Source of the DNA: an archaeon
GTDB taxonomy: Archaea; Thermoproteota; Nitrososphaeria; Conexivisphaerales; UBA164
Direction: 5' to 3'
Assembly (NCBI GenBank): GCA_021792955.1
Contig: JAJYTP010000004.1
Location: 13,951 to 77,950 of the forward strand
DNA: 64,000 nucleotides
This document shows positions 29,694 through 40,146 of this stretch, in pieces (the stretch's first letter is position 1; every line of letters starts with the position of its first letter). The notes beneath the pieces are model-generated. The model was given only the letters and a program-made list of their open reading frames with translations. It was not told the DNA's origin and made no database searches. Both the position numbers and the translations under genes were made by a program.

Positions 29694-30995
29694 CTATGTC
29701 CTGGCAACCCTCTCCACTTTACTGTATGCCCTGATTTCTATGGTTCCGTTAACATCATTGTAGTCCCCACCAAGCACCCTTATTCTTTCCCCCAGCTTCA
29801 GGCTGGAAACTTCATGCTGGTTAGATGAAGATACCAATTTTATATCCCCTGTGTCATCACCAACGAGCACTTCAGTCATGCTGGAGGCGCGGCCGTCGGG
29901 GAGCTTGTGTAAATTTACCTTGGGGATGGATAACACGACGGCTTCGATGTTGACTAGCCCCGGCCTTGCGTCCTTCACTTTAATGAGGGATCTTTCCAGC
30001 ACAGCTGCCAGGTCCTCACTTGTGATTTTGGCCACATCGCCGATGTGTACGAAATGCGATCTAACTATTGGGCCGGTCGTTTCAATTGTATTCCCGCCCA
30101 ACGGCCTCTTCATGGTCGTTGTCAGGATATAGGGTTTCATTGCTTCATCCAAGGCCAGGAAGCGGTCTTCGCTTTCACCTATTATGTAGTATTTATGGGG
30201 CCTCTTAAATATGATCGTCCCATCATTACCGGCAAGCTCTACCCCATATTTGCCCTGCCTTCCCATTAGGGGCCCCACTACCACATCAGTGCCATCTGAA
30301 AGCGAACCGTCTGTCCGCCCCCATATCACTACCCTTATCGTGCCATTCGTCTTCATGGATAGATTAAAGGATATGGCGGATCCTTCGCTCTGGTCCCTTT
30401 TCTTATAATGAAGCTCTTTAACCGGGCCAGAAATCCTTCCTCTGTACATATGAAGCCCGTTGGATCGGTAATCATCTACGCATATGCTCGCTATATCTCC
30501 TCCTTTGGCATCACTTACGGCAACGGTTGACCTATCGTTGAGATGCACTTCCACAGATCCGTCTCGCGAAAGTTTGGTGGAACAACCGGCAATGGATAGT
30601 GGCTTTCCCGTGACTAACCCAAGTGCCTTAATTCTTTCCGATGAACGGCCCCACGCTATGCACCGCCTTATATTTGAGTCGAACATATAAAATTCGACCC
30701 CACGGTTACCGGCTAGCTCCATACCCATCGACAAAAAGTAACCTTCAATGGTTACGCCGTTAAGCCCCCCCTTTGCTTCTCCCACTTTGAGTGTAGTTGG
30801 TGCATGTTCTAGCTTGATATCCCAGTCGCTTATCAACAGATAGAGGGCCCCTAGGTCAGTGAGATATCCTGATCCTATCTGTTCCTTCTTTTCCTTTATC
30901 TTGGCCAGTATGGTCTGCCTATCGGTATCTTCCCTCGCTTCCAATATGCGTCCTATGATGTCTTCGACCTTCGGGTCGAGCTTTTCTCCAGCCAT
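29694..30995 (-). CDS. replication protein A / multi-OB-fold ssDNA-binding protein
   Basis: KKEQIGSGYLTDLGALYL N-terminus, repeated OB-like segments (IRVVIWG, GDDTGDIKLV). Confidence 0.7.
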   Translation of the reverse strand: MAGEKLDPKVEDIIGRILEAREDTDRQTILAKIKEKKEQIGSGYLTDLGALYLLISDWDIKLEHAPTTLKVGEAKGGLNGVTIEGYFLSMGMELAGNRGVEFYMFDSNIRRCIAWGRSSERIKALGLVTGKPLSIAGCSTKLSRDGSVEVHLNDRSTVAVSDAKGGDIASICVDDYRSNGLHMYRGRISGPVKELHYKKRDQSEGSAISFNLSMKTNGTIRVVIWGRTDGSLSDGTDVVVGPLMGRQGKYGVELAGNDGTIIFKRPHKYYIIGESEDRFLALDEAMKPYILTTTMKRPLGGNTIETTGPIVRSHFVHIGDVAKITSEDLAAVLERSLIKVKDARPGLVNIEAVVLSIPKVNLHKLPDGRASSMTEVLVGDDTGDIKLVSSSNQHEVSSLKLGERIRVLGGDYNDVNGTIEIRAYSKVERVART

Positions 30996-31049
30996 ATAGA
31001 ATCAGTGATCTCTGAATATTAAATATATTACACGGTGATGCGCACTTAT

Positions 31050-31985
31050 CTAATGTGTTTCAAGGTATCTAAGGGCATCAAGGGCCGCCTTACACCCGTC
31101 CCCGGCAGCTGAAACTGCCTGTCTATAAAGCGAATCTGCTACATCTCCTGCTACGAACACGCCCTTTACGCTGGTCCCAGTTTTATCGTGTACGGCTATG
31201 TAGCCTTTTTCTGTCAGTTCCAGCTGTCCCTGGAATATGTCGGTATTAGGCTTGTGCCCTATATCCACGAACAACGCGTCACACGGTACCGTTGACTCCG
31301 TGTTATCCTTCAAGTTGAGCAGCTTCATTCCCTCCACCCTTGAGCCTCCCAGCACCTCCTTCACCACGCTATTCCAGATGAACCTGATCTTTGGCTCGTT
31401 GAAAGCCCGTTGCTGCATTATGGCGCTGGCTCTCAAGTGGTCTCGTCGGTGTATTACGGTGACCTGCCGTGCCAGCCTGGTAAGGTAGAGTGCGTCCTCA
31501 ATGGCCGTATCCCCTCCCCCGACCACGCAGACATTCCCACCCTTAAAGAATGCGCCATCACAAACTGCACAATAGGAAACGCCTCTTCCCTTTAGGGCAT
31601 TTTCTGATGGGATGTTAAGTTCTAAGGATTTGGCCCCAAGAGCCACTATCATGGAATCGGCGAGGTATATTTCGTCCTCCACAACAACCTTAAATGGCCT
31701 CTCCTTTAGATTTACGCTTGTAGCATCCTTTTCCATCATTTTTACCCCCATCCTGATAGCCTGCTTAATCATCCTATCCATTAGCTTAGGGCCCAGGATG
31801 GATTCCTCGAAGCCGGGAAAATTTTCGACGTCAGTGGTGTTCATGAGCTGCCCACCAGGGGCGTAACCAGCCACCAATAGAGGCGGAACCCCACCTCTTG
31901 CAGCGTATATGCCGGCGGTCAGCCCAGCCGGCCCGCTTCCAAGGATTATCAGCCTTTCCTTATGTTGACTCATGATAATGGTCAA
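31050..31985 (-). CDS. trxB: thioredoxin reductase
   Basis: GSGPAG, ENFPG, CAVCD, GGGDTA, HRR and GVFVAGD motifs. Confidence 0.95.
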   Translation of the reverse strand: MTIIMSQHKERLIILGSGPAGLTAGIYAARGGVPPLLVAGYAPGGQLMNTTDVENFPGFEESILGPKLMDRMIKQAIRMGVKMMEKDATSVNLKERPFKVVVEDEIYLADSMIVALGAKSLELNIPSENALKGRGVSYCAVCDGAFFKGGNVCVVGGGDTAIEDALYLTRLARQVTVIHRRDHLRASAIMQQRAFNEPKIRFIWNSVVKEVLGGSRVEGMKLLNLKDNTESTVPCDALFVDIGHKPNTDIFQGQLELTEKGYIAVHDKTGTSVKGVFVAGDVADSLYRQAVSAAGDGCKAALDALRYLETH

Positions 31986-32056
31986 GAACCCAACCTTTTA
32001 AGTTTTGACCGCAAATCGCTTTCATAGTGGGCTAATTTCCTATATGGCAGTTCGGA

Positions 32057-33673
32057 TTATGAAGGATTGGTTTCTATCTTGCTGAAAAGGGGCACCGGCG
32101 CCTCTAATCTGTGCCCAGAAGGGACCTGCTCCCAGACAATTTGTAAACCCGGTGTACCTATATTCAGTAGCCTGGCTAGCAGCTTAGCACGCTCAGGTAG
32201 GACCGGCGCCATCATAAAGTACAGATGGGCCGTAGCCTGGACAGCGTTATAGGTCACAGTTGATGCCCTTTCCCTATCATTTTTTAATAGCGCCCATGGC
32301 TGGTTCCTGCTTATATATTCATTTCCAGAATAGGCTACCTCCATGAAGGACTTCATGGCATCCTTAAGCCTTACCCTATAGATCAGGTCCACATAGCTCG
32401 CCCTGTGTTCGAGCACAAGTTTGATGAAAGCTTGATCTTCAGCGGTGGCCGGACCGCCACTGGGCACCGTACCATGGAAGTTATTATAGGCGAATGACAG
32501 GCTTCTATGGATAAAATTTCCAAGTGAGTCGTTCAAATCATCGTTGACCGTCCTCTTAAGATCATCATTTGTAAAGTTGGAGTCACGCTGTTCTGGCCTC
32601 ATGGATAGGAGGACATAACGCCAGTACTCCCCATCGGCAAGCTTGATGGCATCATCGGCCCATATGCCTATGTGCTGGCTCTTGCTGAATTTCAATTGAT
32701 TAAAGAGGAGGAATTCGGTGGAGGAGATCCTGCCGGGAAGCACATATCCTCCACCTGACGCCATTAATAGCGCTGGAAATATGATCGAATGGAAAGGTAT
32801 ATTGTCCTTGGCTAGGAAGAAGATGGTCCTGGTCTGATCGTCCTTCCAGTAACCGTCAACTAGCGCTTGTCCACCGAGTTCCTTTACTGCGGAAATATAG
32901 CCCAGCACCGCTTCCATCCAGACGTAGATCGTCTTTTCCTCAGCGCCCTTAAACGGCGCTGGAATTCCCCATTTATTGTCCCTGGTAACCGACCTAGGCC
33001 TCAGACCCTCTTCTATCATTTTCAGCGTTGTGTTCTTGACACTGTCATCAAGATCTTTCATATTAATGATGTATTCCCTGAGCTCCTCCGAAAAGCGTGG
33101 TAAATCGAAGTACCAGTGTTCTGTTGTCCTCTGAACAGCGGGTGAACCACAGAGCACGCATCTAGGCCCTATAAGGGACGTAGGCTCAAGCAACCGCCCA
33201 CATGAGTCGCACTGATCCCCCTTGGCCTTATCATAGCCGCAGAATGGGCATGTGCCCTCAAGGAACCTGTCGGGCAGAAATATCTTATCATGTTCGCAAT
33301 AGAGCTGAGCGGTTGACTTCCTGCTGATATAGCCCCTCTGCTCCAGGTTGCTGTAGAACTCCTTTACAAAATCGACGTGCACCGGGTTCTCCGTGCGGGA
33401 GTAATTTGAGAGATGTATTTGATATTTGCTCAGCACCTCGAGCAACTTAAGGTGATTCTTATCGGTCAGCTCCTTTGGGGTTATCCCCTCCTTAATGGCG
33501 GCAACTTCAATAGGCGTCCCATGTTCATCAGATCCAGAAATTGAAATAACGTCCTCACCCATCTGTGTGAGGAACCTAGCGTAGAAGTCGGCCGTAATCA
33601 AATGGAGCATCGTCCCTAAATGGGGCATGCCATTTATGTATGGCCAAGCTGAGCATACTATCCATTTACCCAT
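32057..33673 (-). CDS. metG: methionine--tRNA ligase (no C-terminal tRNA-binding domain)
   Basis: AWPY..PHLG, SDEHG, Zn knuckles, KDNIPFH and KFSKS; ATG 33673. Confidence 0.95.
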   Translation of the reverse strand: MGKWIVCSAWPYINGMPHLGTMLHLITADFYARFLTQMGEDVISISGSDEHGTPIEVAAIKEGITPKELTDKNHLKLLEVLSKYQIHLSNYSRTENPVHVDFVKEFYSNLEQRGYISRKSTAQLYCEHDKIFLPDRFLEGTCPFCGYDKAKGDQCDSCGRLLEPTSLIGPRCVLCGSPAVQRTTEHWYFDLPRFSEELREYIINMKDLDDSVKNTTLKMIEEGLRPRSVTRDNKWGIPAPFKGAEEKTIYVWMEAVLGYISAVKELGGQALVDGYWKDDQTRTIFFLAKDNIPFHSIIFPALLMASGGGYVLPGRISSTEFLLFNQLKFSKSQHIGIWADDAIKLADGEYWRYVLLSMRPEQRDSNFTNDDLKRTVNDDLNDSLGNFIHRSLSFAYNNFHGTVPSGGPATAEDQAFIKLVLEHRASYVDLIYRVRLKDAMKSFMEVAYSGNEYISRNQPWALLKNDRERASTVTYNAVQATAHLYFMMAPVLPERAKLLARLLNIGTPGLQIVWEQVPSGHRLEAPVPLFSKIETNPS

Positions 33674-33854
33674 TTGGCATTTGATCAAAAGCGCTCTTTA
33701 AAAGCGTGTTGGATACCGGGGCAAGAATTGATACTGCTAAGCCATTAAAGCGCACACGGGTTCATGGGGGCATACGACCTTATAAGTAAGGGGGCGGCAG
33801 GAATTAACACGACCTATTTTAGTGTACAATTACAACTCGGATCAAAACTTGTTA

Positions 33855-36146
33855 TCATCCCTGACCCTGATCGTGCAACTTCGACAAAACACGGCCAGGC
33901 GTCAATGGAAGCTGGTAATAGCGCACTCCGCTCGCCTGCTTGAGCGCATTGGCTATGGACGCGCCCACCGGCACTATTGGAATTTCGGCCATCCCCTTTG
34001 CGCCATATGGCCCATACTGTTCATATGTTTTGATGAACTCGACGTACATCTTTGGTATATCTGCAATAGAGGGAACGATGTATGTTGTATAATTTGTGTT
34101 CATTGGTTTTTCGTCCTGGTTATACACAAGTTCCTCACTAGTAGCAAAACCCAATCCCTGTACTATCCCCCCTTCGCACTGCGTTGTAGCAAGCAGGGGA
34201 TTTATTACATTGCCTATATCTGCCATCAGGTCTACATTTTTTACATCCAGGTACCCGGTGAGCGTATTCAACTCTATCGATGAAACCATCGCTCCATACA
34301 TGTAAACTACGTGTGGTACCTCCAGCGTGCCTTTCACGGGTTCAGGGTAACGGGGCACTTCAAATGTGCCTTCGAACTTTAATGTCTCCCCCTTTGCACG
34401 CAGCCCCTTTGCAAGATCATATATAGAAACAGATTTTGATTCATTGCCCTTTATCAAGAACCGGCCGCTGGCATATTCTATGCCATCCCTGGTGCTCTCG
34501 AGGTAAAGCGCTGCCTCCATCCGCAGCCTATCAAGCATTTTGTTACAGGCTACAAGCAAGGCGTTCCCGGAAGTGAATGTCCCTCTTGAAGCGCTTGAAC
34601 TTCCTGTATCTGGCGAATATTGTGTATCAGCGTTAACTACTTCTATTTCATTCATGGGGAGGTCCAGCGCCTCTGCCACTATCTGAGCATTACCTGTGTT
34701 TACCCCCTGCCCGTAATCCGGATTAGAAAATAACACCTTGATCTTCCCCTGCGGGAGCAATTCTACCGCGGCCGTAGGATAGTCCGGTATAGTCCCAAAG
34801 CCCACCCCCTTGATCGCTATGGCCACGCCAGTACCCCTCCTTATCCAGGGCTTTGGTGGGAGCTCCTTCCCAAGCTGCCATAACGGGGAATTCCTGAGCC
34901 GGCTTAGAGCCTCGTGTATGCCTTCCATGTTCCTCATGCTGTTGCCAAACGGCCCTATATCGCCGCTCTTAGCAAGGTTCTTTAGCCTGAAGTCTATCGG
35001 ATCCATCTTCATCTCTTCTGCCATTTCATCCATCATGCTCTCGATTGCGAAGTTCCCCTGAGGACCGCCGAACCCCCTGAAAGCCGATGAGATGCCGTTG
35101 TTAGTATAAACAAGGTTCGCGTCTATTCTGATATTGGGTATAAGATAAGGGCCGTTTATGACCTCTATGGTAACGTCAAGCACTGTAGGGCCGAAGCTTT
35201 GATAGGCGCCCGTATCCAGATATATATGGGAGTCATTGGCGAGCAGCCTGCCATCGTCGTTCACAGCCGTCTTCAACGTTATAAGTGAGGGGTGCCTGTG
35301 GAATCCACCTATCCCGGATTCCTCCCTGTTCCAGACGAGCTTTACGGGCCTCTTGGTCTTGGTAGCCAGGAGGGCCAGGTGTATCTGAACCGTCACGTCA
35401 TCCTTTCCTCCGAAGGCGCCACCGGCCGGGTAATTGATCACCCTTACCTTTTCAGGCGATATATTCAGAGATCTGGCCACCTGCATCTTGTCCCTATAGG
35501 GATTCTGGCCGCCGGCTAGGATGTTTAGGTTGCCCAGTTCATCGGTATATGCAATGCCCGCTTCCGGCTCTAAGAACATGTGCTTCTGGCTCTGTGTCCT
35601 GTACGTCCTTTCAAGAGTCAGATGAGCGTCCTTAAACGCCCTATCCACGTCCCCCTTGAGTATGAGGGCGTGCCTTGCGATATTACCCCTGTCATGCAGC
35701 TTTGGCGCTTCTGGCTTAAGTGATTCATCCATTGAGTGTACCGCCGGCAGTGGCTCATAAACGGCCTTTATGAGGCCCAGGGCCTTTTCTGCGGTCTCCT
35801 GGTCATCCGCTGCAACCAGGGCTAATGGCTCCCCATAAAATCTCACCTTCCCATAGCCTAGGACCGGCGCATCTGGGATTATGGCTCCATACGCATTCAA
35901 CCCCGGCACATCCTTATATGTTAACACGGCTCTGACCCCCTGTAATCTTTCCGCCTCCGTTGTATCCAGCGTCACGATGTTTGCATGCGCCACCGAACTC
36001 CTGAATACCCTTGCAAAGAGCATCCCTTCTATTTTCATGTCGGAGAAGAACTTGATTTTGCCCGTCACCTTGTCAAGGGCATCCACCCTTTGATAAGACC
36101 TATTGATATAACTATAACCCTGTTGAAGAATTTCCTCAGACGCCAA
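33855..36146 (-). CDS. xanthine dehydrogenase-family molybdopterin-binding subunit
   Basis: DKVTG, GGAFGGK, AFRGFG, GQG, SSASR and GAKGMAE motifs; TTG 36146 follows an SD-like GAGGCGGTGA (GTG 36170 is an alternative). Confidence 0.92.
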   Translation of the reverse strand: MASEEILQQGYSYINRSYQRVDALDKVTGKIKFFSDMKIEGMLFARVFRSSVAHANIVTLDTTEAERLQGVRAVLTYKDVPGLNAYGAIIPDAPVLGYGKVRFYGEPLALVAADDQETAEKALGLIKAVYEPLPAVHSMDESLKPEAPKLHDRGNIARHALILKGDVDRAFKDAHLTLERTYRTQSQKHMFLEPEAGIAYTDELGNLNILAGGQNPYRDKMQVARSLNISPEKVRVINYPAGGAFGGKDDVTVQIHLALLATKTKRPVKLVWNREESGIGGFHRHPSLITLKTAVNDDGRLLANDSHIYLDTGAYQSFGPTVLDVTIEVINGPYLIPNIRIDANLVYTNNGISSAFRGFGGPQGNFAIESMMDEMAEEMKMDPIDFRLKNLAKSGDIGPFGNSMRNMEGIHEALSRLRNSPLWQLGKELPPKPWIRRGTGVAIAIKGVGFGTIPDYPTAAVELLPQGKIKVLFSNPDYGQGVNTGNAQIVAEALDLPMNEIEVVNADTQYSPDTGSSSASRGTFTSGNALLVACNKMLDRLRMEAALYLESTRDGIEYASGRFLIKGNESKSVSIYDLAKGLRAKGETLKFEGTFEVPRYPEPVKGTLEVPHVVYMYGAMVSSIELNTLTGYLDVKNVDLMADIGNVINPLLATTQCEGGIVQGLGFATSEELVYNQDEKPMNTNYTTYIVPSIADIPKMYVEFIKTYEQYGPYGAKGMAEIPIVPVGASIANALKQASGVRYYQLPLTPGRVLSKLHDQGQG

Positions 36147-36264
36147 TTTCACCGCCTCAACCTCGGGCACGGAGGAAATAGTAAGGAGAGCTTTTCAACC
36201 ACCATGAATTTAGGGGATCCGTACGTCATCATATATTTCTCATATCCTCAAACTAAGCTATAGA

Positions 36265-37152
36265 TCATACGCTGGAGCCATTTACAGGCGATCTGAAGCC
36301 GTTAACTATTTCATATAATCCTTCATACACGGCTCCAGCTATTGCCTGTTTCCTGTATTCTGCAGTTGCCCTGATATCGGTTATGGGATGTGCTTCTTCA
36401 CTGGCAAGCCTTCCTACTTCCTTCATCTTTTCATCTGTAAGCTGACAGTTCAGGATGGCAGCTTCCGCGCTCTTGGCCCTGATGACGGTCGGTGCAACAG
36501 CGCCCATGGCTATGCGCGCCTCCTTGAACGTCAATACTTCGGCCGGAACCAGCACTGCGGCCACGCTCACCAAGGATATCGCGTTTGCGCTCCTCAGCCC
36601 TATCTTCTTAAAGAAATAGTAGTCACCAGGTTTCATCTTTCTTACGCTCACCTCTGTTATCAACTCATTGGGCTGCCTTACCGTTTTCCTTACGCCAAGG
36701 AAATAATCCCCTATATCAACCTCCCTCTCTGAGGCCTCTGATTGAAGTTTGACCTTAGCGCCGGTGGCGAATAGAGGTGGCAGGCCGTCGCCTGCTGGAC
36801 TGGCGTTGCCCACATTGCCGGCCAGTGTTCCTCTGTTCTGAATCTGAACCGCTCCCACAGTTCTAGCCGCCTCGACGAGCACTGGAGAATATTCATTAAC
36901 CAATCGTGACCTTATAAGATCGGAATAAGTGGTAAGAGCCCCCACCCTTATGAAGTCCCCATCATCGCGTATATAATTTAAATCCATTATGTAGCTGAGG
37001 TTTAACAGTTCGGTCTCTTTAACCAAATCATCCTTTATCTGGACCATGACATCGGTGCCACCCGCAATAGGCCTTGCCGCACCGTCCTTCAGGATATTCA
37101 ATGCCTCTGATATGGTTCGCGGAGAATGAACGGTGTAATGCGAAACCTTCAT
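36265..37152 (-). CDS. xanthine dehydrogenase-family FAD-binding subunit
   Basis: AGGTD, QIQNRGTLAGN..NASP..D and DIRATAEYR motifs. Confidence 0.92.
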   Translation of the reverse strand: MKVSHYTVHSPRTISEALNILKDGAARPIAGGTDVMVQIKDDLVKETELLNLSYIMDLNYIRDDGDFIRVGALTTYSDLIRSRLVNEYSPVLVEAARTVGAVQIQNRGTLAGNVGNASPAGDGLPPLFATGAKVKLQSEASEREVDIGDYFLGVRKTVRQPNELITEVSVRKMKPGDYYFFKKIGLRSANAISLVSVAAVLVPAEVLTFKEARIAMGAVAPTVIRAKSAEAAILNCQLTDEKMKEVGRLASEEAHPITDIRATAEYRKQAIAGAVYEGLYEIVNGFRSPVNGSSV

Positions 37153-37610
37153 TCATTAGCCACCTTCTTTATAGCTTGTACCAACCGCGGATATGCGCCA
37201 CATCTGCATATGTTGCCCGAAATCGATTCGACTATCTCCTTTTCAGTGGGATGCGGATTGCTATTCAACAGCGCCTTAGCCGACATTACAAACCCGGGGG
37301 TGCAGTAACCGCACTGGCTCCCTCCCTCCTCTGCTATGGCCTTTTGAATTGGATCCAATTGCCCGTCCTTGACCAGCCCCTCGTCTGTCCATATCTCCCT
37401 GTCCTGAACCTGTGAAATCATGACTAAACATGAAGTAACGGCCTTCCCATCCAACAGAACGGTGCATGCGCCACATTCGCCGGCTTCACAACCAGGTTTT
37501 GGGCTTGTTATATCCAAATCCTCCCTCAACACCCTCAGGAGGCTCTTGGCCGGCGGCGCTTTCACTGTTACTCTTTTTCCATTAAGCACAAAGGAGACCT
37601 CGATTTCCAT
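37149..37610 (-). CDS. xanthine dehydrogenase-family 2Fe-2S subunit
   Basis: GCEAGECGACTV...SC, QCGYCTPG and GNICRCG motifs. Confidence 0.93.
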   Translation of the reverse strand: MEIEVSFVLNGKRVTVKAPPAKSLLRVLREDLDITSPKPGCEAGECGACTVLLDGKAVTSCLVMISQVQDREIWTDEGLVKDGQLDPIQKAIAEEGGSQCGYCTPGFVMSAKALLNSNPHPTEKEIVESISGNICRCGAYPRLVQAIKKVANE

Positions 37611-37635
37611 TTGTAAAAAGCATCAACTATATCAG

Positions 37636-37652
37636 ATAAAAACATTTCCCTC
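37636..37652 (-). promoter_or_regulatory. xdh-cluster BRE/TATA region GAGGGAAATG-TTTTTAT
   Basis: TATA-like box 26-32 nt upstream of ATG 37610; 13-mer identical to the glnA promoter element. Confidence 0.6.
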
Positions 37653-37720
37653 CATTTATACGATTATACTAGAAATATTTTATATAGATGTTATTACGCC
37701 CTTTAACGAGGGAAACTTGA

Positions 37721-38746
37721 TTGGCAATATATGATATACGAGGAAAGGATTTCATATCAACACAGGAATGGGATAGGGAAGAGCTGGAGTTCGCCATCGA
37801 CTTTGCAAGCGATATAAAGAGGTGGTACTACGGCGGAGCGTTACCTGAGCTCTTTAAGAACAAGACCTTCTTTATGCTGTTCTATAATACAAGCACAAGA
37901 ACTAGGTCCAGTTTCGAGGCTGCAGCTACGATGCTGGGTGGACACGCACAGTTCATCGACTTTGCAACCACCAGGGGCTCTGAAGGCGAAAGAATAGGAG
38001 ACATAGCTAGGATGTACGAGCGTTTGGGCCACGCGCTCGGGGTCAGGATTCTGGAGAATGCAGTGGATTACGTATATGGAGCAGGAGACGCCATCATAAG
38101 GGAATATGCAAAACATTCCAAAACGCCTGTAATAAACATGGCTGATGACATGTTCCATCCTACGCAGGCGTTAGCGGATATGATGGTTATCAAGGAAAAA
38201 TTCCAGAAAAGGGTAGAGGGGAAGAAATATACGATAATGTGGGCATACAGCGACCATCTTAGGAGCTGGGGCAGCATCCAAGATGAGATGCTTATAGCAA
38301 GCAAATTCGGCATGGATGTTACAATGGCCTATCCGGAAGGATTTGATATCGACGAAAAACAGGTAGAGGCTGCAAAGGAGAACGCAGCGGCAACTGGCGC
38401 ACATTTTGAGATATCTCATGACCCAAAGGAGGCGCTGGATGGTGCAGACATAGTGTTCCCGCGCAGTTGGACAAGCCATGCCTGCGTCACTACAGGGCTT
38501 ACCAAATTTGGCAAGGACAGGGAAGTTGAAGCACACAATAAACACAAGGATTGGATATTGAATCAGGAACTGGTCGACATAATGTCCAAGCAATCCATTA
38601 TAACCCACGTGCTGCCGGTGCTCAGGGGACAGGAGGCTACAGATGAAGTTATGGATGGCCCGCACAGCGTCATCCTGGATCAGGCAGAGAACCTGCTTTA
38701 CGCAAGGGCTTCCGTATTAGCCCTCTTGGCCGGAAACTCTAGGTAG
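37721..38746 (+). CDS. carbamoyltransferase, YgeW/AOTCase-like subgroup of the OTCase/ATCase family
   Basis: STRTRSSF, HPTQ, WAYS, ADIVFPRSW and HVLP motifs; lacks the classical OTC GDxxNN and DxWxSMG motifs. Confidence 0.8.
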   Translation: MAIYDIRGKDFISTQEWDREELEFAIDFASDIKRWYYGGALPELFKNKTFFMLFYNTSTRTRSSFEAAATMLGGHAQFIDFATTRGSEGERIGDIARMYERLGHALGVRILENAVDYVYGAGDAIIREYAKHSKTPVINMADDMFHPTQALADMMVIKEKFQKRVEGKKYTIMWAYSDHLRSWGSIQDEMLIASKFGMDVTMAYPEGFDIDEKQVEAAKENAAATGAHFEISHDPKEALDGADIVFPRSWTSHACVTTGLTKFGKDREVEAHNKHKDWILNQELVDIMSKQSIITHVLPVLRGQEATDEVMDGPHSVILDQAENLLYARASVLALLAGNSR

Positions 38747-38766
38747 TATCCTACAAGTGTAAAAGC

Positions 38767-38817
38767 CCCTTGTCGCCGTAAACCCACAAGGTTAACGGCT
38801 ACAAGGGAAAATTTTTT
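38767..38817 (+). terminator. long stem-loop followed by a T-tract
   Basis: CCCTTGT-c-GCCGT-a-AACC/cacaa/GGTT-a-ACGGC-t-ACAAGGG then AAAATTTTTT, about 20 nt after the stop codon. Confidence 0.5.
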
Positions 38818-39057
38818 AATCTGAAATCAGTGTCTATTGACATTGTTGAACCGCATGGTGATTTTATCATAGCAATAAACGTTAAATGAAATGGTCAAAA
38901 AAGTTACGATTAGTTTTAATGAACCGCGTTTTTTGCCCTTTTAATGTAGAGATGCCAATTTTAAGGCCAAAATGCATCTTGACATGTTTTAGCAGCTTGG
39001 CATTTGCCCCCTAACATCAATTTCCATCCATCATATCTTAATGGAGTGGCTTGTGAA

Positions 39058-40146
39058 TCAACTAGCACGTGATCTGTTCATAGCGGTCCCAAGCCGATCT
39101 AGCGCTTGGTGCCAACCCATTTCCGTTGCCTCGATGGTCACTCTGTAACTGCGCCAGGGCCTCTTCTCTCCGGGAATATTAGCCCAGTCAACATGCTCTG
39201 TAAATCTTTTATAGTCTTCATCATCTTTGAATTTTTCATAAAGATCTTTTGACTGCCCAGTAATATTGGGAGCTAACAGTGTTAATTTAAGGTGTGCAAA
39301 TCTATTTAACAGTTTTTTATAATAGGTTAACTCCTTGATCGTCCCTCCGTATATTATAACGTCCAAGCCGACTTTTCGTGCGAGCGATTCGATAGCGTCA
39401 ATTATGGTGTTGGTATTGATGCCTGGTTTGTGATTATCGCCAGCGTTATGGCTTTCCCTGATTACCACCATGTCAAGCTGATTAGAGGGCGTCTTCCTGG
39501 CCAACTGCCAAGCCTTGAACACTGAGGTCCTTAATTTAGCGTCATCAAAATATGGATGCAGGATGGTCATGGAGAACCCGGCCCTTATCCCAGCTATCGA
39601 CGCCGCATACGTTTCTGGGTCCCCTAAGAGCACCGAGATGGCCGGTTCGGTAGAGCCATAAATCATTCCCCCTCTTGCAAAGCACCCGTATAGCTCGCCG
39701 TACATCTTCTCCTTATCTACGTATATCTGAATAACCCGTGCCGCATTAGTTTCGTCAAACCTTAGCCAGTGAAATTCGCCCATAAGTCTGGATGATAGCC
39801 TATAATAGATATCTGTGGCATTTCCATCAAAATCGGAAAGCGGCCTGATGGCAAGTTCCACGGAGTCCCCCTTACGCAGTACCGAACGCGCGAAATCGAT
39901 AAACTGCTCATCGTCGTATGCGTCCCAAATGCTGCAAAGTGATACGCGGTCATAGCCGAATTGTCTGCAGAGTTCGATCTGCGCCCTAACTGGATCCTGG
40001 CATTTAAATATTAGATGATCGGGGAAATTCTTGATGATCTGCGCATCTGGGTAGCTTAACTTTATAAATTTCAAAAGATAAGTGCTCCTTTGCGGGTCGT
40101 TAATTCCAGCTTGATCCCCGAAATCGAGCAATATTCCTACGTTCAT
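39058..40146 (-). CDS. ThiI-like THUMP-domain protein with degenerate PP-loop
   Basis: THUMP-like region then GGMIYGS..AISVLLGDPET where ThiI has GGLPxG...LLSGGxDS; ATG 40146 overlaps the AlaX stop. Confidence 0.55.
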   Translation of the reverse strand: MNVGILLDFGDQAGINDPQRSTYLLKFIKLSYPDAQIIKNFPDHLIFKCQDPVRAQIELCRQFGYDRVSLCSIWDAYDDEQFIDFARSVLRKGDSVELAIRPLSDFDGNATDIYYRLSSRLMGEFHWLRFDETNAARVIQIYVDKEKMYGELYGCFARGGMIYGSTEPAISVLLGDPETYAASIAGIRAGFSMTILHPYFDDAKLRTSVFKAWQLARKTPSNQLDMVVIRESHNAGDNHKPGINTNTIIDAIESLARKVGLDVIIYGGTIKELTYYKKLLNRFAHLKLTLLAPNITGQSKDLYEKFKDDEDYKRFTEHVDWANIPGEKRPWRSYRVTIEATEMGWHQALDRLGTAMNRSRAS

